Origin: the human T2T-CHM13v2.0 reference genome, Homo sapiens
Assembly (NCBI RefSeq): GCF_009914755.1
Contig: NC_060947.1
Length of the DNA stretch: 64,000 bases
Strand: one strand, 5' to 3'
Under the pieces are notes generated by a model, which made no database searches, was not told the DNA's origin, and saw only the letters and a list, made by a program, of their open reading frames with translations. Made by a program: the position numbers and the translations under genes. Positions 61,336 through 64,000 of the stretch are shown in pieces; position 1 is the first letter of the stretch; each line of letters opens with the position of its first letter.

Positions 61336-62966
61336 TGTTACCAGGAGGTCCTTGCTCCCAGAGCTCCCAAGATGGCGGTGGGTGTGGGGAAAAGCAAGAG
61401 AGATCAGATTGTTACTGTGTCTGTGTAGAAAGAAGTAGACATAGGAGACTCCATTTTGTTCTGTACTAAGAAAAATTCTTCTGCCTTGAGATTCTGTTAA
61501 TCTATAACCTCACCCCCAACCCCGTGCTCTCTGAAACATGTGCTGTGTCAAACTCAGAGTTAAATGGATTAAGGGCGGTGCAAGACGTGCTTTGTTAAAC
61601 AGATGCTTGAAGGCAGCACGCTCCTTAAGAGTCATCACCACTCCCTAATCTCAAGTACCCAGGGACACAAAAACTGCAGAAGGCCGCAGGGACCTCTGCC
61701 TAGGAAAGCCAGGTATTGTCCAAGGTTTCTCCCCATGTGATAGTCTGAAATACAGCCTCGTGGGAAGGGAAAGACCTGACCGTCCCCCAGCCCGACACCC
61801 GTAAAGGGTCTGTGCTGAGGAGGATTAGTAAAAGAGGAAGGAATGCCTCTTGCAGTTGAGACAAGAGGAAGGCATCTGTCTCCTGCCTGTCCCTGGGCAA
61901 TGGAATGTCTCGGTGTAAAACCCGATTGTATGCTCCATCTACTGAGATAGGGAAAAACCGCCTTAGGGCTGGAGGTGGGACCTGCGGGCAGCAATACTGC
62001 TTTGTAAAGCATTGAGATGTTTATGTGTATGCATATCTAAAAGCACAGCACTTAATCCTTTACATTGTCTATGATGCAAAGACCTTTGTTCACGTGTTTG
62101 TCTGCTGACCCTCTCCCCACAATTGTCTTGTGACCCTGACACATCCCCCTCTTTGAGAAACACCCACGAATGATCAATAAATACTAAGGGAACTCAGAGG
62201 CTGGGGGGATCCTCCATATGCTGAACGCTGGTTCCCCGGGTCCCCTTATTTCTTTCTCTATACTTTGTCTCTGTGTCTCTTTCTTTCCTAAGTCTCTCGT
62301 TCCACCTTACGAGAAACACCCACAGGTGTGGAGGGGCAACCCACCCCTACAGGTGGGTCACTTCCAAAATGGCCACGGGCCACTTCCAAGATGGTAGCAA
62401 GCCTCGTGTTCTCTGACATGGGGTTCTTGGCCTAACGGATTCCAACGAAAGAAATCTTGGGCCATGCAGTGAGTGTTATAGCTCTATTAGAAGCTGTGGG
62501 TCACAGAAGAGAACCGTGGAACCCAGTGACTAGTGTTCAACTTGATTAGAATGAACCCGGGCACTTAGCAGTGCAGGAACAATGGCGAGCCTTTAGCCCA
62601 ATCGGAAGCAGCAATGGGCGCCTCACTGGATCAGGAGCACAGTGAACACCCTGCCTGATCTGTACGGATGGAAGTCGGTGGTGGGTCTGCGAGGGCAGCA
62701 AACAGCAGTGGTGGACAGCGAGCGAAAGCTCAGCTTAAGCCATAACAAACACGGACCAGAAGAGTGCAGTTGCAAGATTTAATAGAGTGAAATAGAGTGA
62801 AAACAGCTCCCATACAAAGGGAGGGGACCCAAAGAGGGTAGCCGTTGCGGGCTTGAATGCCTGGGTTTATGTCCCAGTCATTGTCCCTCCCACTGTGCTC
62901 TCAGGTGGTAGATGATTGGCTATTTCTTTACCTCCTGTTTTTGCCTAATTAGCATTTTAGTGAGCT
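61336..62966 (-). mobile_element. LTR17 (HERV-W) solo LTR missing the 5' part of U3 (interrupted by LTR5_Hs)
   Basis: Reverse complement agctcactaaaatgctaattaggcaaaaacaggaggtaaagaaatagccaatca...tcactctattaaatcttgcaactgcactcttctggtccg...gtaaca. Confidence 0.93.
61383..62351 (+). mobile_element. LTR5_Hs (HERV-K HML-2) solo LTR, 969 bp
   Basis: tgtggggaaaagcaagagagatcagattg...ggggcaacccacccctaca; perfect 6-bp TSD GGTGGG; AATAAA at 62176. Confidence 0.97.
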
Positions 62967-63180
62967 AGATTATTTTGGAGCTTTAAGGTTTAATGACTGC
63001 CCTGTTGGGTTTTGGACTTCGTGGGTCCTGCAGCTCCTTTCTTTGGCCAACTCTTCCACTTTAAAATGGAAGTATCTATCAAATGCTTGTATCACCATTG
63101 TATCTTGGAAGTAAATAACTTGTTTTTGATTTTAGAGGTGTATAGGTGGAAGACACTTGTCTTATCTCAGATGAGACTCT

Positions 63181-63581
63181 TTTCACTCGCGTCCATGTGA
63201 AGAGACCACCAAACAGGCTTTGTGTGAGCAACAAGGCTGTTTATTTCACCTGGGTGCAGGTGGGCTGAGTCCGAAAAGAGAGTCAGCAAAGGGAGATAGG
63301 GGTGGGGCCGTTTTATAGGATTTGGGTAGGGAGTGGAAAATTACAGTCAAAGGGGGTTTTTCTCTGACTGGCAGGGGCAGGGGACACAAGGTGGTCAGTA
63401 GGGGAGCTTTTGAGCCAGGATGAACCAGGAGAAGGAATTTCACAAGGTAATGTCATCAGTTAAGGCAGGAACAGGCCATTTTCACTTCTTTTGTGATTCT
63501 TCAGTTACTTCAGGCAATCCGGATATACACATGCAGGTCACAGGGGATATGATGGCTTAGCTTGGGCTCAGTGGCCTGATA
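63181..63581 (-). mobile_element. LTR7 (HERV-H) solo LTR
   Basis: Same family as 44901-45358; TSD actct/acttt inside MST-int. Confidence 0.95.
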
Positions 63582-64000
63582 ACTTTGAACTTTAGACTTT
63601 TGAGTTAATGCTGGAATGAGTTAAGATTCTGGGGAACTGTTGAGGAGGAATAATTGTATTTTGAAATGTGAGAAGGACATGAGATTTGGAGAGGCCACGG
63701 TCAGAATAATAAGGTTTGGGTCTGTGTTTCCCCAAATCTCATGTCTAATTGTAAGCCCCAGTTTTGAAGGTGGGACCTGGTGGGAGGTGACTGGATCATG
63801 GGGGCAAAGTTCTCATAAATTGGCTAGCACCATTTCCTCAGTGCTGTTCTTATGATAGGGAGTGAGTTATTATGAGATCTGCTTGTTTAAAAGGGTGTAG
63901 CACCTCTTCGCTTTCTTTCTCCTACTCCAGCCTTATGTTGTGCTGGCTCCCATTTCAACTTTTTCCATGAGTGTAAGTTCCCTGAGGTCTTCCCAGAAGC

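Noticed and set aside
61383-62351. SVA element (SINE-R similarity)
   Set aside because: No hexamer, VNTR or poly-A; it is a complete LTR with TG...CA ends and a 6-bp TSD
61336-62966. HERV-W processed pseudogene
   Set aside because: No internal sequence and no poly-A; U5 is intact and part of U3 is retained, which fits a trimmed solo LTR

Overview
AT-rich primate genomic DNA, almost certainly human or great ape (AluY, LTR5_Hs, LTR7, LTR12 and LTR17 are present). It is dominated by transposable elements. I see no credible protein-coding exon, RNA gene or CRISPR array, and the listed ORFs are repeat-derived or chance frames. Content: a near-full-length L1MA2-like element (7.6-15.0 kb, minus strand), several fragmented older L1s, 13 Alus, MIR/L2/MER5 relics, and a dense set of ERV LTRs (four MER4A-family loci including a two-LTR provirus, LTR10C, LTR12, two LTR7, LTR17, LTR5_Hs, MER21, MLT/MST/THE1). 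I found no evidence for a new gene system. The most interesting signals are structural or regulatory: an L1 3' transduction, a twin-primed L1, two multi-fragment rearrangements that split LTRs into oppositely oriented pieces, a nest of HERV-K inside HERV-W inside MSTA, with HERV-H alongside, and intact OCT4-, DUX4- and p53-type motifs in LTRs. Subfamily names come from recalled consensus sequences, not from a database search. Boundaries without a TSD are approximate.
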